Positions 48,596 to 62,800 are shown, counted from the first letter of the stretch. The stretch: 64,000 nt of DNA from Bilabrum cf. latius (GCA_965178125.1 OZ237740.1:1-64000), one strand, 5' to 3'. Notes: generated from the letters alone by a model not told the origin. Numbers and translations are program-made.

Positions 48596-51500
48596 TCATT
48601 TGCCAGCACCAGAATCGGACCGCTTCCTTCTCAAGGATGTCCTCAAACCCTCAGACACGCCCACTCGCATTCGAGAACTTCCCCCTGTCGCACGCACACC
48701 ACCCGCAGACTTTGACAGTGAGGTCAACGCATTGGAGCTTCCAAACGACTGCGCGCTTCGCGACACTTGCCGCCTGGGAGCCCCCTTGCCTGCCACACCC
48801 CGAGCGATACCCCGCAACTCCCGTCCAGAACCCCGAGGGGAGGGACCGCCTGCCCCCGGTCTATCCCCTAGCCGAGAGGCGCGCGCTCCTGACTATCCGC
48901 CTGCTATTTTCCGCGCAAACCGGCGCACCTTCAACCGAGCCGCCCGGGCTCCGTGCCCGAGGGCAGATGCGCCAAGCACCTCGCTGCCCGCTGCCAGCGG
49001 CGTCAGTTCCCCCCCATCCTGAACATCAGCTCTCCCGATCCCCGCCTACAAGCTTGGCTCTGATAGCATTAGTACGGAAGATGACATGATTTCCACGCCA
49101 CCACTACCTACCAATCCGCCCATGGAGGCATAGTCAGATGCCTCCATGGCGCCCTGCCTGACAAGAAGCTTGGATCCCACCGGCTGACTGGACGCCCCCC
49201 TACCGCCTGCCACGTCCGACCGCCTGCCATCGCGACCTCCAGATACCGTCGGGCTTGAACTACGACCGGCCTTGCCTACGGCATCAGGGCTGGGCTGCAT
49301 GGCTCCTGCAGCATAGTGCAAGGCAGACTGAGCAAGACCCCCACCGGCGGCATTGGGCCGGTCCCTCCTGCCCTTGAAGCGACTGCTTATACCGGGTAGC
49401 CGCTGGGTGGCAGGGGAGGACTGGCACTGCATCCCCAGGAGAGCAGCGTCGGCAGCCTCCACGGCCTGCCTGGAGAGCTCGCGGGGATCCAGGAGTGGGT
49501 TGACTGACGGTCCCCGCCGGGACTCTGTCCTTCCACCTGGCTGTCCGGCATCTTTCGATCGCTAGGGAGATGACGACGTCAACGTCGAGGGTGAAGCCCT
49601 TTCCAGGCTCCGAGCACTGCCTCCTGGCAGGGCCATCCCCACTCCAGCCCTGCGCACGGTTGCCCCCTCCTTCCCGTCTCGACCCCGGAGGTCACCCGGG
49701 CGGCTCCACTGGCATTGGCTGGAGCTGCCTCCCGATTGGCGCTGTGCCCTGCCCGGCCCCGCCGAGCCGTGTCTTTGTCCGCCCCCTTCCACGGCTACAG
49801 GGGAAGGCTGCGGCTGCCTGGTGCCTCGTGGACAATCTTGCGGCACTTGCAGCGACAGAGCTCCAGCGGCCATGCTGTTGCTGATGCACACTGTGGGCAC
49901 TTGGCCAGTGCTGGAGGAAGCCGCCTTGCTGATTTGACCCACCAGCCTGTTGCTGCTTGGGCTAGCTTTGGCATCGCCTACCTGATCTCGAGCAGGGCTG
50001 CTCCCGTCAGATTTCCGGCCATCGCTGGAGCCAGCTGCAGGCGCTCCGAACCCCTTGCCCTAGCTGGCCTTGGCGCCGCCAACGGCTTTTGACGCCAGTT
50101 TCTTGGCCTTATGCTTTGCCAGCAGCTTGCCAGCGGATATCGCGCATGTGGCGGCCGCTAGAGCAGCAGCTTGCGTGGTGGCCGCGATAGCCGACTTCGA
50201 GGTTGACCCGCGGGAGGAATCAGTGCCGTACAGGGCCCCGCATACGCGCCTGCTCCATCGCAGGAGACCCTCTCGGCTACCCCACTGTGAATGCCCCAGT
50301 CGGCTGAAGCTGCGGCCAGAGCCTCCCGAAGACTCGAGCAAGCCAAAGACAAGGCCTCTGCCCGTGGCGCTGTACACCGCGGGCGGATCAAGTGGGCACG
50401 TGCCCCAGGCGCACACGTGCTCCTGGCCGGGCCGCGGCTCTGACCTGAACCCGAACGGGGCGTGGTAGTCCTTGCAGCCCGGCGGCGGCTACAGGGAGTC
50501 CACCTGGCAGCTATACGGCCTCCTGCCAGTGTACGAGCTGCTCTTGGGGAGCGAGGGCGGGGATGGGGCGCGCGTGGCCCCATCGGGCTCGGGACCAGCC
50601 TGCCCGGGGACGGCGCCGTCAGCCCGCTCCTCCCTTGTCCGCCTCTCCCGGAAGGAGGCGAGCGCCAGGGTGTACCTGTCCACTGCCTCCTGTGGCAGCT
50701 GGGAGCGCAGGGGGAGCCGGGCCCGGCCGCATTCGATGACCTTGTGCGTGGCGAGGTCAGCAGCTGCGGGCTTCGACGCAACCAGCTCCCCCCCAGCATC
50801 TGCAGGAGCCTGCACGAAGTGTGCTGCATACGGGTCGAAGCCCGGGCTGCGAAGGTGTGCTGCTGCATGCAGCCTGCCATATATACGTGTGTGCGACAGC
50901 ATGTTGCAGCTGCACTCGATGGTGAAAGATAGCTGCACGCCCAGCTCCCGCAAGGCACAGACCCGACCGGTTCCGTCCTTATGCCCTTCCCCTTTCCCGC
51001 TAGACTTGCTTTTCACCTGCGCCCACTCCCGACTCACCCTGGAGCGCTCGCCGGGCACGAGCCGCCCAGCGGGGTCTCCGTGCGTCGCGAACGGCGCGAG
51101 AAGCGGCCTGTCCTCTTCTGTGGGGTCCACGAGCCCGGCCGCTCCCGGCGCGTACAGCTCCCCTGCCACGGCCAAGTCCTCTAAAGAAAGCGGCCGCTCC
51201 CCACGTGCCGCCCTACCCTCGTCCAGCTCTGAGTCGTCCCCGCTTCCTGCCGCGCCGTCCTCGTCGTCGTCGTCGTCCGCGTCGCCCCCCTCAGCGGCCT
51301 GGGCGCTCCTGCGACCTCCGGTACTGGACGAGGCCGCAGCGACTGCAGACGACGCGGCGAAGGACGCAGACGCGCCCGCTTTCGAGCTCGGCACCGCACT
51401 GCCGCTAGCTGCCCCAGCTCCTTCTCCCGTGGTGATGCTCCTGTCGTGCAGCTGCCCGTACGGAGTCCCGTAGATGCTCCGCTTGGACGGGAGGCCCTTT

Positions 51501-53020
51501 TTGCTCTTGCCGTACCCGCACGCGTCGGCATTGAATTGCGGCGCATACGTCTGCATCGCACTGGCTAGGAAGAGGCTCCGCCACTCTCGGTGCGGGGTCT
51601 GGGGGTTGGCTATGAAGTAGCACCCGTGCCTTGCGCTGTACCCGTGCAGGTCCAGATAGCACCAAAGACCACCGTGACCGGAGCGAGTGCTGCTGCCCGC
51701 GCCCGGGGAGGGCTCACCGGGAAGAGAGGGGAATGTAGACGCCAGCTGCTTGAGCACGTTCTTGATGGCAAATATGGTGGGGTGCCGGCTGGGCGACGGC
51801 GTGGCGTACTGTCTGTTCAAGTTGCACCCGCGAGTGTCGGTACGGAAGTGGCCGTGGAAGACGCCGTCCGGATTCACCATCGGGACGACCTTGAAAACGA
51901 ACCTTCTCCGCAGTTCCCTAGCGTAGCTGTTCCCCGGCTGCAGCAGGAATGCCAGAAACCCGTGCAGCATGTAGCTAGCAGCCGTCTCCCCGGGGTGCAC
52001 CCGCGCGCTGACGAATACCGCTGGCTTGCCCGCGAACCGGTGGGGCCGTGGCCTTTCCTCAGGGAATAAGCCGCCCTCGATGCGCGGCTCTCTGTCAGAC
52101 TCGGCAGATCGACCATCGGTGGAGGTGATGGTCAGCAGCTCCACCCGCCTGCCTTCCAGCGAGTGCGCAAGAAGCTCCCTGTGGTAGTACACGTCTGCCG
52201 CCGGGTCTCTCCCCTTGCTCCCCTTCTTGCACTTGCCACGCAACCGGCCAGGAGGCGCGACGGGGTCCGCAGAGGACCCAAACGCGTTGTCAATGTTTCT
52301 CAGTAGCCGCTGGCAGTCTGCATAGCTGAACGGATAGAAGTAGGCAAAGTGCACCTCGGCCTCTGGCCCGGCCCCGAACGTGTAATCGAACGAGAGATGC
52401 AGGCACCCAGGCTGTGACACGTCGATGGAGCACCTCTGCTGCAGCCTGCGGCGAGAACATGCGGAGGGGTCGGGGCGACAGAACATCTGTTTTGAATCGA
52501 GAGTGTGCCGGTAGTTCCAGGCATTGTCGTATGGTCCGTGTGGAGCAACATGATTCAAAACCAGGGCTCATCAGGCCCATGATTTGAACCCAGTACGTTT
52601 TGATGGCACATGCATTAACTCGCAGGCACCTCACCTCTCCCAAGTGGGACTGTACGATGGGACCCTGACGAGGGGCCTGAGGTCGCCGTTATACACTTTC
52701 GACATGGCATTCATGTCGATGATTCGAACCCGTATAGTCCTTCCTGGTCTTCCTCCAGAAATAGCGAAATGGTACCACATTCGATACACGGTTTCACATG
52801 ACTGCCCAAAACAATCTGGCCGGATGCCGATTTCAAACACTTCCCGACCCGCTTCGTCCATTGTCCTCCGAGCAGCTCCGATGTTGCCACCATCGAAATC
52901 TCCTCTGAATGTCAGGTCGCCAGTATCAAATATGTAAGTTGAGCCCTTGGATACGCCTGGTGGAGAGTCTGGCGGTGCGGGCAGGGCTGCCACAGCTTTT
53001 CTGTTCCGCTGACTACTCAT
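48596..53020 (-). CDS. AGBL5: Cytosolic carboxypeptidase (M14D tubulin deglutamylase), CCP5/AGBL5-like
   Basis: N-domain FDGGN...WYHF, then FYPFSY, SARVHPGE, PMVNPDGV, NLNR, DLHG, GTGRV and SFTIE. Intron 52446-52634. The frame continues through at least 5 TAGs to TGA at 48596. Paralogue assignment is by eye. Confidence 0.85.
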
Positions 53021-53383
53021 GGTATCCGGATTGATCCTTGATCACTCTAAAAGACACATGAAAATCGACTGATTAGTCCAGAATATACGCTGCATCGCTG
53101 AAGCTAGGCATTTTACGAAACGGCATCCATTCTGCATCCGGAGCCTAAACTAAATGTGATTTTATATGTGAGGTGTAGTTAGTTTTGGTGGCATACATCG
53201 TTCGCACTCTTTCTGTTGCATCTAGCGCTTAGTCAATCATAACTCCCTCCAGCTAGCTCTGGATACTGTTGAAATAATTAAAACACTTTCTCCATTCATT
53301 CACAGCTTCGCGGAAGCACTGGAAGGAGAGTTTCAGTGCATACTACAAGTAGCAGTTGGACGAGCAGGCACCTCGGATTCGAA

Positions 53384-55473
53384 ATGCCGCGTCGTGCCAG
53401 TGCCCGTGCCCGTGCGGCTAGTAACGCCAGGGCAGCGCGTACAACACAAAGGAATTAGCCCCCTTCAGCGGCTTCATCAGTGAGACGGCATTGTTATTTG
53501 CTCCAGTCTGTTTTGGACATACGTTTCGTGGTGCACGATCACCTTGATACAGCGCCACACGAAACGCAGCTTTCCAAATTATACACCAGCACTTTCTCTG
53601 ATACCAGCAGTACAATCGCCGAAGCGAGTAGACTGCAGTTCGTAGTGCAGCCTTAGCCGCCGCTGCAGCAGCAGCAGCTTCTGCCAGAGCTTCAGGCGAC
53701 CGAGCAAGTCACAGGGAAAGCGGAGTACACCCTAGCAGTCGACGTGTCCAAGTTGTATCTGACATGATTTACGGTGACGACTCGGAGGACTCGGAGGACG
53801 ACGAAGACTACGATCACGGCGGTTGGGGACATTACGGTCCACGATACAATCAGTACTATGAAGAAGAGGAAGATGAGGACGAGGAGGAAGAGGAAGATGA
53901 TCCAGGCCACGGTTTTGTGCATGGTGATATGTTTGATTCGGGTGAAGTTGGACATCGCGGTCCGGGTCGCCCACTTGTGTTTCCAGCCTTCGGGCAAAGC
54001 CTGGCGCGCATGTTTGCGATGAGCATGATGCTTGGGGGAGGGGGGCACGAGGGTGGGGGTATGCAGGGGGCACGCATTCCTCTGGGTATAGGCATTCATG
54101 CGGGCATGTCCATGACAGCGGCCATTCGCGCCTCGATGGAGCATGCGGAGCGCGAGGCAGACCGCCGTGCCGGGGTTAAAGCAGACCTGCGGCAGCACAT
54201 CCAGGAGAAGCCCATGTCCGAGAGCGACTGCAAGGAGCACGGAGAATGCGCCGTGTGCTTTGAGGACTTAAAACCGGGCGAGAGGGCCGTGCAGCTGCCC
54301 TGCGAGCACTGGTACCACAAGAAGTGCATCGACCCGTGGCTGGACAAGAGCGTCACCTGTCCCATGTGCAGAGCACCCATCGATCTGCAGTCCCTCAGGA
54401 AGGCAGGCATGGTTCCAGGCTTCTCCAAAGGAGGGTACGTGGACCTGACTGAGGATGGGGACGGGGAAGGCGGCGGATCAGACGGTCAGCACACGGCAAC
54501 CAGGGTCAGCCCTCAGAGCCTCAGCAGCGCGAGCTCAGCTGGCAGCTCGGCCACACGCCCCCCACAAGTCCCTCGAGCAGCCTCCAGAGTGATCGATCTG
54601 GTGTCTTCGGATGAAGAAGAGGACGGGGAGCAGGGGAGGCAGGGACGGGCTCGTGCAGTTGCTGGGGCTCTACCTGGAGCTCGAGCTCAAGTGCGAGCGC
54701 AATTGCGGGCGGGATCGCGGGCGCGATAGAGAGCTGGCGCTGGTTCTGGAGTTGGCGCCGGTGCTGGCAGTGGCGCCAGGGCTGGAGCTGGTTCTGGAGT
54801 TGGTGCCGGTGCTGGCAGTGGCGCCAGGGCTGGAGCTGGTTCTGGAGTTGGCGCCGGTGCTGGCAGTGGCGCCAGGGCTGGAGCTGGTTCTGGTCAGCTT
54901 GCTGGTTTCCAAAGAAGGGTGCCCCACCGCTGGGATATGAACCAAATGGTCGGCCCATCTGCAGTGCGAGTCGTGGACTTGGATTCACCCTCCCCGCAGC
55001 AAGCTGGGCGGCGGCAGCGGCAGAGCAGGGGAGAAGGGGGCAGGGCCGGAGCAACCGCTGGAGCAGCCAGCAGCCCTGTGGTCGCAAGATCACGGAAGCG
55101 ACCCAGGTCCGAAATGACGATGCCGGTAAGGAGGACGGTCCGTGGGTCAAGAGCGGCCGCTGGCGTCGGGACCGGTGCGGCGCCTGCCAGGCCAGCAGAA
55201 AGGCGGGCCGTTGCAGTGGCTCAGGCGGCCGCTATTCGGGAAGCCCGGGATGGAGCAATTGGCTCGCCCGGCGTGCCATCTGCTCGGAGCTCAGTTAGGC
55301 GTGCATCTAGATAGCCTATCGTGGGTACTGGCGGGGCGCCGCAAGCGCAGCAGCGTACGGGCACTGAAGCACAGGCATCCGTGCGGGCAAGCCTTGGGGA
55401 AATGCTGGTACAGAACCGGGATGAGAGGCAGCGTCGCAAGCGTAGGAGGCGCGAGCGCGAGGAAGCAACGTGA
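53384..55473 (+). CDS. RING-H2 E3 ubiquitin ligase with SUMO-interacting-like motifs
   Basis: RING-H2 CAVC...LPCEHWYHKKCIDPWL...CPMC and SIM-like YVDLTED, VIDLVSSD, VVDLDSP. TAG at 54727 and 55312 are read through to TGA 55471-55473. The 5' exon (53384-53479) and its intron are tentative; alternative start at 53764. Confidence 0.85.
54739..54893 (+). repeat. 48-bp coding tandem repeat x3.2 (AGSGVGAGAGSGARAG)
   Basis: Visible directly inside the RING gene, just downstream of an in-frame TAG. Confidence 0.93.
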
Positions 55474-55666
55474 TAGTAGCGATATCCGGAATCCGGAGGC
55501 TGCGGTAGGCTCTAGCAGACCAAGGGGCGGCCGGCCCAGCTGAAGACCAGGCCTACCCTAGTCTAGCACTCTTGTAAATCCCTGGTTGGCGCACACAAAG
55601 CATCGGAACGGTTTTGCAGACACAATGGATCGTCCAAAAATGGATACAAGGTTCAACTCAGCCGAC

Positions 55667-58600
55667 TCACTGCCCGTCAGTCTTGATTGTGTCCAGCAGC
55701 ACCCGAGCTCTGTCCATTGCCATCCGGCTGCGGTTCAGGTCAATCACGCGGGCCTCCTGCCTATTTGTGATGGGGGAGACCTCATCGATGTCGATGCCCT
55801 CGTGTTGCACCTCGAAAGCCGGACCAGCCGGGCCATTGGGACTGCCGTGTTCTGCCTGTGTCGGCTCTGTGCTTGCTTCTACCGCACCATGCGGTTGCGC
55901 ATACTCGTCCGAAAGCAGACCAACGCTCCTACCTCTGGCAGTCCCAATTATCTCGTCGCCAGAGCCCTGACTGTCTCCATCGTCGTCATTCTCACTTTCA
56001 GACGGTGATCCACCCCATGGCTCCTGCCCCGGAGACCCTGCGGGGATGCCCCGAATCATTTCCGCTGCAATTTCTTTGACGGAGCGGATGGACCCATCCT
56101 AGTAGCTATCCTAGCTGGCATCCTGCACGGATGTATCCAAACTCGCTTCCCCGTCGATAGCGGCAATGCCGGTCGCTGTTTGTGGCTGCATCTCCATGTT
56201 CTTGGCTCCTTCTTCATCGGCGTGACTCTCCTCCGGGTCCACCGACCTGCTCCCAGCCTCGCCCTAATCATCACCAAGTTCGTCATCCGTGGCATCGAGC
56301 TGGCCGCTCTCAGCCGATGCCTCATTCGCTACCACAGCCTCAACGTCGGTGGCATCGCGTTGCCCATCTTCTGCTTCGGTCTCGTCCTCTTCGGCCTGAC
56401 TGTCTGCAGGCGACGCAGGGGCAAACTGCGACCGTGGCTGCTCGTCCTCATCATCACCTTCTTCGCTCTGGTTCTGAACCGCATCCTGATCCCCGTGGTC
56501 ATCGAGCGCAGCCGGATCTTCGCCACATCGGATGCAGCAATTGTCGCCTCGCCGGCACAGAAAGCACGTGAAGCAGCAGCAGGTGAACTCGAAGTCGCAC
56601 TCGCAGCAATCAACAAACACCCGGTTCTTCCAGTTGGGCACGAACTTCGCCACAGCGTCGTCTTCTTTGAACATGCACATGTAGCAGCACGGCTCGTCTC
56701 GCCCGTCCACGTCACCGTCAATCCGGCCACGTGCGCGACTGAGGCTGATCTTGGTGGTGGTCCGCATCCTCTGGTCAGACACCCTGTCCTTGAGGTGCGA
56801 GAGCTGCTGCGAGTAGCTTGAGCCGACTGGCCGCTCGATGTGGGCACCCACCGATCGGTCCGACCCAGCTCCGCGGACGACGTCCATGTTGATCGGAGGG
56901 GGCTTCTGCCGAACTGGACCCGGAACAGGGGCAACAACCGTAGGTTTATCACGAGCCATCCCTGCAGAGGCTGCAGCCGCCAGCGCGCCCGCCCCACCCC
57001 TCTTCGACGTTGCGGCATCGCTGAATTCCCCCTGGACGCCAGACGGACCCTCGGGAACTCGGCCGACTTGGCTGTCGTCAGTCTCGACGGAGGCGACGCT
57101 GCCTCCAGACTCCACGTCTTTGCCCACTACTTTTCCGATGCGATCGGCGGCTGCCATCGCCTGATTCTTTGCTTCGGCGAGCTAGGCTGCATTTCGGTGC
57201 CTGGACCAGCGCAGCGTCTGCCGGGCGCGGATGTGAGGAGGCAGCTGGCCCTGCGCCACCTGCTTAGGCGGCAGCCCGGGAGCCATGGGAGCTTCGAGCA
57301 CTTCGTCAGCCCGACGAGTGCGGTCACCAAGGTCGTTGAACTCCATGGATTCGTCATCGTGGCCGGCCTTGCGCAGGGCACGAATTCGCTTGGCCTGCGC
57401 GTACGCAGACAGCTCATCATCCTCATCCTCGTCGCACGCATCGATCCACCCAATGGGGATCAGCAAACTGCTGCGAGCTCCGAAGGCGAAGTCGACGATA
57501 GCGTTGTCGATGTCTCGCAGCAGGCGCCCGAGCGCCTTGGCTGTGCCAGTGCAGGCTATCTCAGTCTTGGTGAAAGCCGCCAGCCCTGTCCGCAGCCCCA
57601 GTAGCGGGGTCATCCCAAGGAAGATGGCGCACACAAGAGCCAGAAGCGGAGGGGCCGCGCAGATCGAGACCAGGAACACAGGCCACTCCCACACAAAGTA
57701 CCGGATGTAGTCCACGGGTCCCAGTGGCCGCAGGTCCTTCTCCTCCTTCACGGCCTGGGCCATGTCCAGCTCGCCCGCCGCAGCAGTCTGCCGCCGGTCC
57801 AGCACAGGCCAAAACATCTTGGCGGCCTTGTACATGGCAACAAAGGTCGCCATAATGGCAAAGAAGAAGAACCATAGAGCTGTGAATGCAGGAGCCACGA
57901 CCGCGCCCACGGTGGACATGAACACGGCGCTGATGATGGCTGCCGGCAGGTTGGGGTCCCTGTCGTAGCACCCCGGCCCGCACAGGAGGCTGTAGCTGAG
58001 AGGCACCGTGGGAGGCAGTCCGAGCAAGGTCCTTATCAGAATCTCCGCGAGCATCCAGTAGTCCGTGGTGAAATCGACGAGCCCCGCCTGGGTGCCGATG
58101 GGCAGCGGTGGCCTGAAGTCGTTCGTCTCCACGGAGGCTCCGCAGCACCCGGACACCCGAGCCGAAGCTGCGTTGCTGCTGCCCTCGCCGCCCTCGTCGT
58201 TGGCAGGGCTCGGCAGGCCCTTGCCCGTCCCGTAGTCCCTGTCCAGCACCCCGGCGCCATGTAGGTCGTATAGGCCCTCACTCATGTCTGTATTGCAGAG
58301 GATGCCTCCCCGACCCACCCACCTCGGACTCAGAGTCCAGTAGACCACGAATCCGCTCTTGAAGCCGAGGAATAGACCGATAACGGGGAGCAGCAGGCAC
58401 AGCACCAGGGCCACCAAGGGCCACAGGACGGCCAGGAAAGCTGCAGTGACAACCCAGATTGGCTTGCGGCGAATGCTGCGGGCATCCAGTCCGTACTCCT
58501 CGGTTCTCTGCGCGACGTGCATGTAGCCATACACGCACAGTGGCACGAAGAGCAGCACTCCAGTGAGCAGATAGCAGACTGCCTGCAGGGGGCCCAGGAA

Positions 58601-59653
58601 GGCTGCGCAGATCAGGCCTAGCAACATGTCGCAGAGGCGAATTTCGCATGGGATACCCACCCAATCCTAGTCCGAGTACTCGCTGAGCTGGAAGATGATC
58701 TCGTCGGTCAGGAAGTTGTACCACGCTGTCATGTAGGTGCCGGCCTGTGGGACGAAGGGAAAGCAATCGAGAAGATACATAAACACTCAGTGGCAAGTAC
58801 ACCAAAGCGGTAACATAATCAGTTTGCATTGGCTTACACGCCGTATCGGGTCGGAGAATCCACTACAGGCGTAAATCACGTAGTGCACGACTTCTGTGCA
58901 CTAAACCTGCCTTCCGTTCAGGATGGCAAAGTAGGCATGAACGTATGATGTAGCCACTGCAAGCAGAACCATAAATACCACTGTGGCAGGAACCGCGAGG
59001 AGTAGTCCGAACGGCAGGAGCAAGAGGGCGATTAGACGTGCACCCTCGAGCAACCTTGGCGAGACGGACACAGCGAGGCACGCGCGGTCGCAAAGCTTCG
59101 GCAGGGAGACGAGGTATATGCCTAAGCCAAGGACCACTGTGTAGACGAGTATGAATGGAAGCACTAGAGTCCCCTCGACCAATGCGACGGACACTGCTGC
59201 AGCAGAAACGAGCACCTCGCAGCAAACTTCAGCACTCTCCAGCTCCGGAATGTCCAGCTGCGGTGGTCGCTTCTCAAGTTCTTTTTCAATCTACTGCTCT
59301 ATTACAGAATCTTCAAGGTTTTGGGTGTCTCCCATTCCCGCTCGGGAAACTGTGGGTGAGGCAGCAATTCTCTGCGAACCAATGGAATTGGCCTCAGCTC
59401 CCCATTCCAAACCACGATGCGGCGCGCCAGAATCTGGTTCAATTGATTCTTCTCTGGCATATCCATAGTACTGCTTTCGTTCCCGCGTTCCTAGGCGAAA
59501 ATTTGTTGTCATGCCGAGAGACATCGATTGGCTCCACGGGCTAGAAGTTCGCTACAGGGTCGGCGCCGGACGAGCTACATCCTCCATGCTCTGCCCTAGT
59601 CCAGACTCGGAACTTTTCACAGGGCTAGTGCTGAAATCTCCTGTTCCATTCAT
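55667..59653 (-). CDS. Hypothetical multipass membrane protein with Cys-rich and acidic C-terminal region
   Basis: Track ORFs 59291-59524, 58901-59215, 57182-58660, 56264-57157 and 55667-56059 join through 8 TAGs and one intron (about 58746-58879). Three similar hydrophobic hairpin blocks. TGA stop. Start codon uncertain. Confidence 0.75.
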
Positions 59654-59699
59654 TGAGCTGACCGCGGGTATCTGTCCGTTGGCGAGGCGAGGCGAGCGC

Positions 59700-59769
59700 T
59701 CGACTCGATTCGGTTGCAACCACTGGCAGGATTAAAACCACTGGCAGGTTGCAACCGAATCGCAGTCGA
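59700..59769. promoter_or_regulatory. Inverted repeat with internal direct repeat in a short intergenic gap
   Basis: CGATTCGGTTGCAACC (59706-59721) and GGTTGCAACCGAATCG (59747-59762) are exact reverse complements, extendable by TCGACT/AGTCGA. AACCACTGGCAGG occurs twice between them. Function unknown. Confidence 0.55.
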
Positions 59770-59867
59770 ACCTTCAAAATCAGATTAGATCTATGAAATA
59801 TCGCTATTCCGCAGTTACAGCCATGATACTCAACACTTCACACGTTCAAAATGCGACCATCTGCATA

Positions 59868-62800
59868 TTACCGTGATCCAGCGTCCTATTTCGATGAAAC
59901 CCGCCGCCGCCTCGATGTCACACGGCCTGCCGATACGGATGTGTCGCCCTTCCCTTGGTCCGATCCTCCAGCTACTCTACTGGTCTGATCGTCTGCATCT
60001 CCACCATTCAAGTGTTCAGCTGATTCAGCCCCTGACTCGATGGAACCGGCCGCAGCTCCCTCACCGCCGCCCCCTTTACCGCGATCCTGCCCTTCCGGAC
60101 ATCCTGGCCCATCCACACCCCCGTCTGCGACCGCCAGCTCAGGACAACGCTCCATCAGCTGGGCTCGCACCCACGCGCGCAGGTCCTCCCGCGCAGAACC
60201 CCCCGTCCCCCTCCTCCGGTAGAACAGCAAGTAGGCCCCAGCCCCCAGCCGCTGAAGGCGCCCCGCCACGGCCTCCTCCTCCAGAGCAGCAGAGGCAGCT
60301 GCCTGAGCTGCCGCTGTGTGTTCCTTTGCGACGCGCTCCCCGTCACCATCTGCGCGAGAGCCATACCCCTCCCGTCCCGAACCATCCTTCCGGCCATCCG
60401 CAGTGGAGGGAGAAGTGGCCTTGTCACCGCTGCGGCCCTCCGAGGACCGGGCCCGCCTCCTGGCACCACCGTGCGATGCACCCTCCTCGGCCCTCACCAG
60501 CCGGGCAGCTGCTTCATGCGCAGGTTCCTCCCAGCCGTCGAGCAGCTGGCGCCGCGCATGCAGCGGAACCTCCTGCCAGCCGGGAAACCGCTTCATCAGC
60601 CTGCGCTCGTCCACGGCCAGCTGGTCCTCGCGCTCGGCATCCACCCGGCCCACGTAGTCGTCGTCACATTCCCACCACGTGCCGGTGACTGCGGAGCGCA
60701 CGAACGCCGTGTAGTGCCCCCGGGAAATCGTTTTCCCCGCGTGGCACACAATCCCGGCCAGGTCATACACTGGGTTCTGCGCCTCCGCGAGCTCTGCGGA
60801 AGCTGCGGCGCCGCGCGCGTGTCCCAGCCTCGTCGAACCGGCGCCCCTGAGCACGGGCGCGGCCGGGCCTGGGTCTCTGACCCCCGCGGCCACTAGGGCC
60901 TGCCTGGCGTCCAGCACTCTCGGGAAATTGATTTTCCGGTCGTTCTTGAGCATGCTCCCGTCCTCGCAGTACTTGAAGCGGACCAGGTTCACCACGAGCA
61001 GCGGCGGCAGCACCACTGGCCGCAGCCTCTTGAGCGCCCTCACCTTCTTGTCGCAGGAGGAGCACCGCCACTGGGCGTCCTCGTCCAGCCTCTCCCAGTG
61101 GCACATGCGGTTGAGGCAGTGCTGCAGGGAGGGCACCTCGGGGGCCACCGGGGCGCGGAGGGGTCCTGACCGGGCATCCAGCACGATCTCGGGGCGCCCA
61201 GTCGCGGCTGAGGCCAGGCGGATGGGAGCACCGGGCCCGGAACCAGCCCCCTTCTCGTGTCCTGGCTAGCGGGCCAGCAACGGGTGCGACGGGCAATCAT
61301 CCCCAGCACTTGTCCCCGACCCGCTGTCCCAACGGCCTGTGCTCCTCGACTGCCTCCTGGCCCCGCTTTGACCGCGGCTCGCTGCCCCATCGCTCGCCTC
61401 AGTCACCCCACTCCCGCCTTGAGCTTCCGCCCGAGGTAACCTCCCGTGCTCCGTCAGCACGCTCTGCACGCTCTCAGCCAGCACGTCACCCTCCCACTTG
61501 CCATCCCTTGAACCGTCGCCGGGCCTGCCTGGCCTCGACCTGGGCCGACCGCTGCCCCCCGCACCAGCCCTTGCTATACCACCCCCTCCCACCCCCCCCT
61601 CCACTGCTAGCGGCCCCTCGTGGCTCTCCGGGTCAAGGGCAGGGAGTCGCTCCCACGGCGGAGGTAGGGGGTCAGTCGCACCGTCCGAGCCATTCCGTCC
61701 ACCTCTTCCGCGCCCTCCTACTCCGCTGCCGGCCTCCTCCTCCTCCTCTTCTTCCTCCTCCTCCAACCCTGGCACGTGCCCCCCGCCGGCCCCCGCCGCA
61801 GCCACCTCGTCTGCCTTGTCCCCGGCCCCGACTCGAAGCGCCACAAACGGAGGAGAGTATTGGCCGAGGATCGCCGCAGTCTCGCCGAGGGTGCGCGGCA
61901 TGCTGTACCACAGCGCAATGAGAGCATCCCGGTCCGAGAGTTCGCCGGGGTGCCTGGGGGTCGTCACCTCCAGCCTGTGAACAATTGCCCGCGCAAGCAC
62001 CGCGAGCTCCTCGGCCTCGACGAGAGCCTTGCGAGAGTCCGGCGGCAGGTCGTGCACGTCCTGCTCCAGGACGACCGTCTCAGTCTCGGCTGCCCGCGCC
62101 GCCGCCACTGCCGCGGCTACGATTCGCGGTTTGCGCGGACCCGGTTCTATCTTGTCAAGCAGATCTAGCACATCTCCGGCAACCACGGGAAGCTCTGACG
62201 TCTCACCCTCCCCTGCATCCACCCCACGGGACACGCCCGATTCACCCCTTCCTCTCCTAGAGTTGTCAGCGCTGCTTGCCACAGAGTTGGCTCCTGAAGT
62301 GGCTTTGCTGTTGCCACCCCCACCTCCACTACCACCACTACTGCCGCCCATTCGCCGCCGCCGCCGCCGCCTGCTCGCCGCAGAGGCTGCATCGCCACCA
62401 TCCTGGGCACTATCGCTTGCCTTGGGCCTCTAGCTTTTCTCTCTTTCTTGCTGCAGCTGTTCGTAGTACCTCTGTGCCTCTTTAGAGTGGGTCCCTGCAG
62501 CCCAGCTGCCTGCGGGCATGGGCAGGTCGGTGGGCAGCGGCCTGAGCCCAATCGACTTCCGGGTCATTTCCACCGTGTCTGTCGCTTGGGGAATCTTCGC
62601 GCCAGCATTACGCGGCGACAGGTTCAGTCTACGCCTCATATCTGCGTACGCCCGCTCGCATGCCTCTGCCTCTGCCCTCGTCCTAGCCACCCTCCTGTGG
62701 TCGGCATCTACCTCCTACACCTGCCTAGCATGCAGTGCCCTGATGCGCTGCAACTGGCGTAAGGCAACCCTGTCGATGGCGCGGGCTGTGGCGGGCTGAT

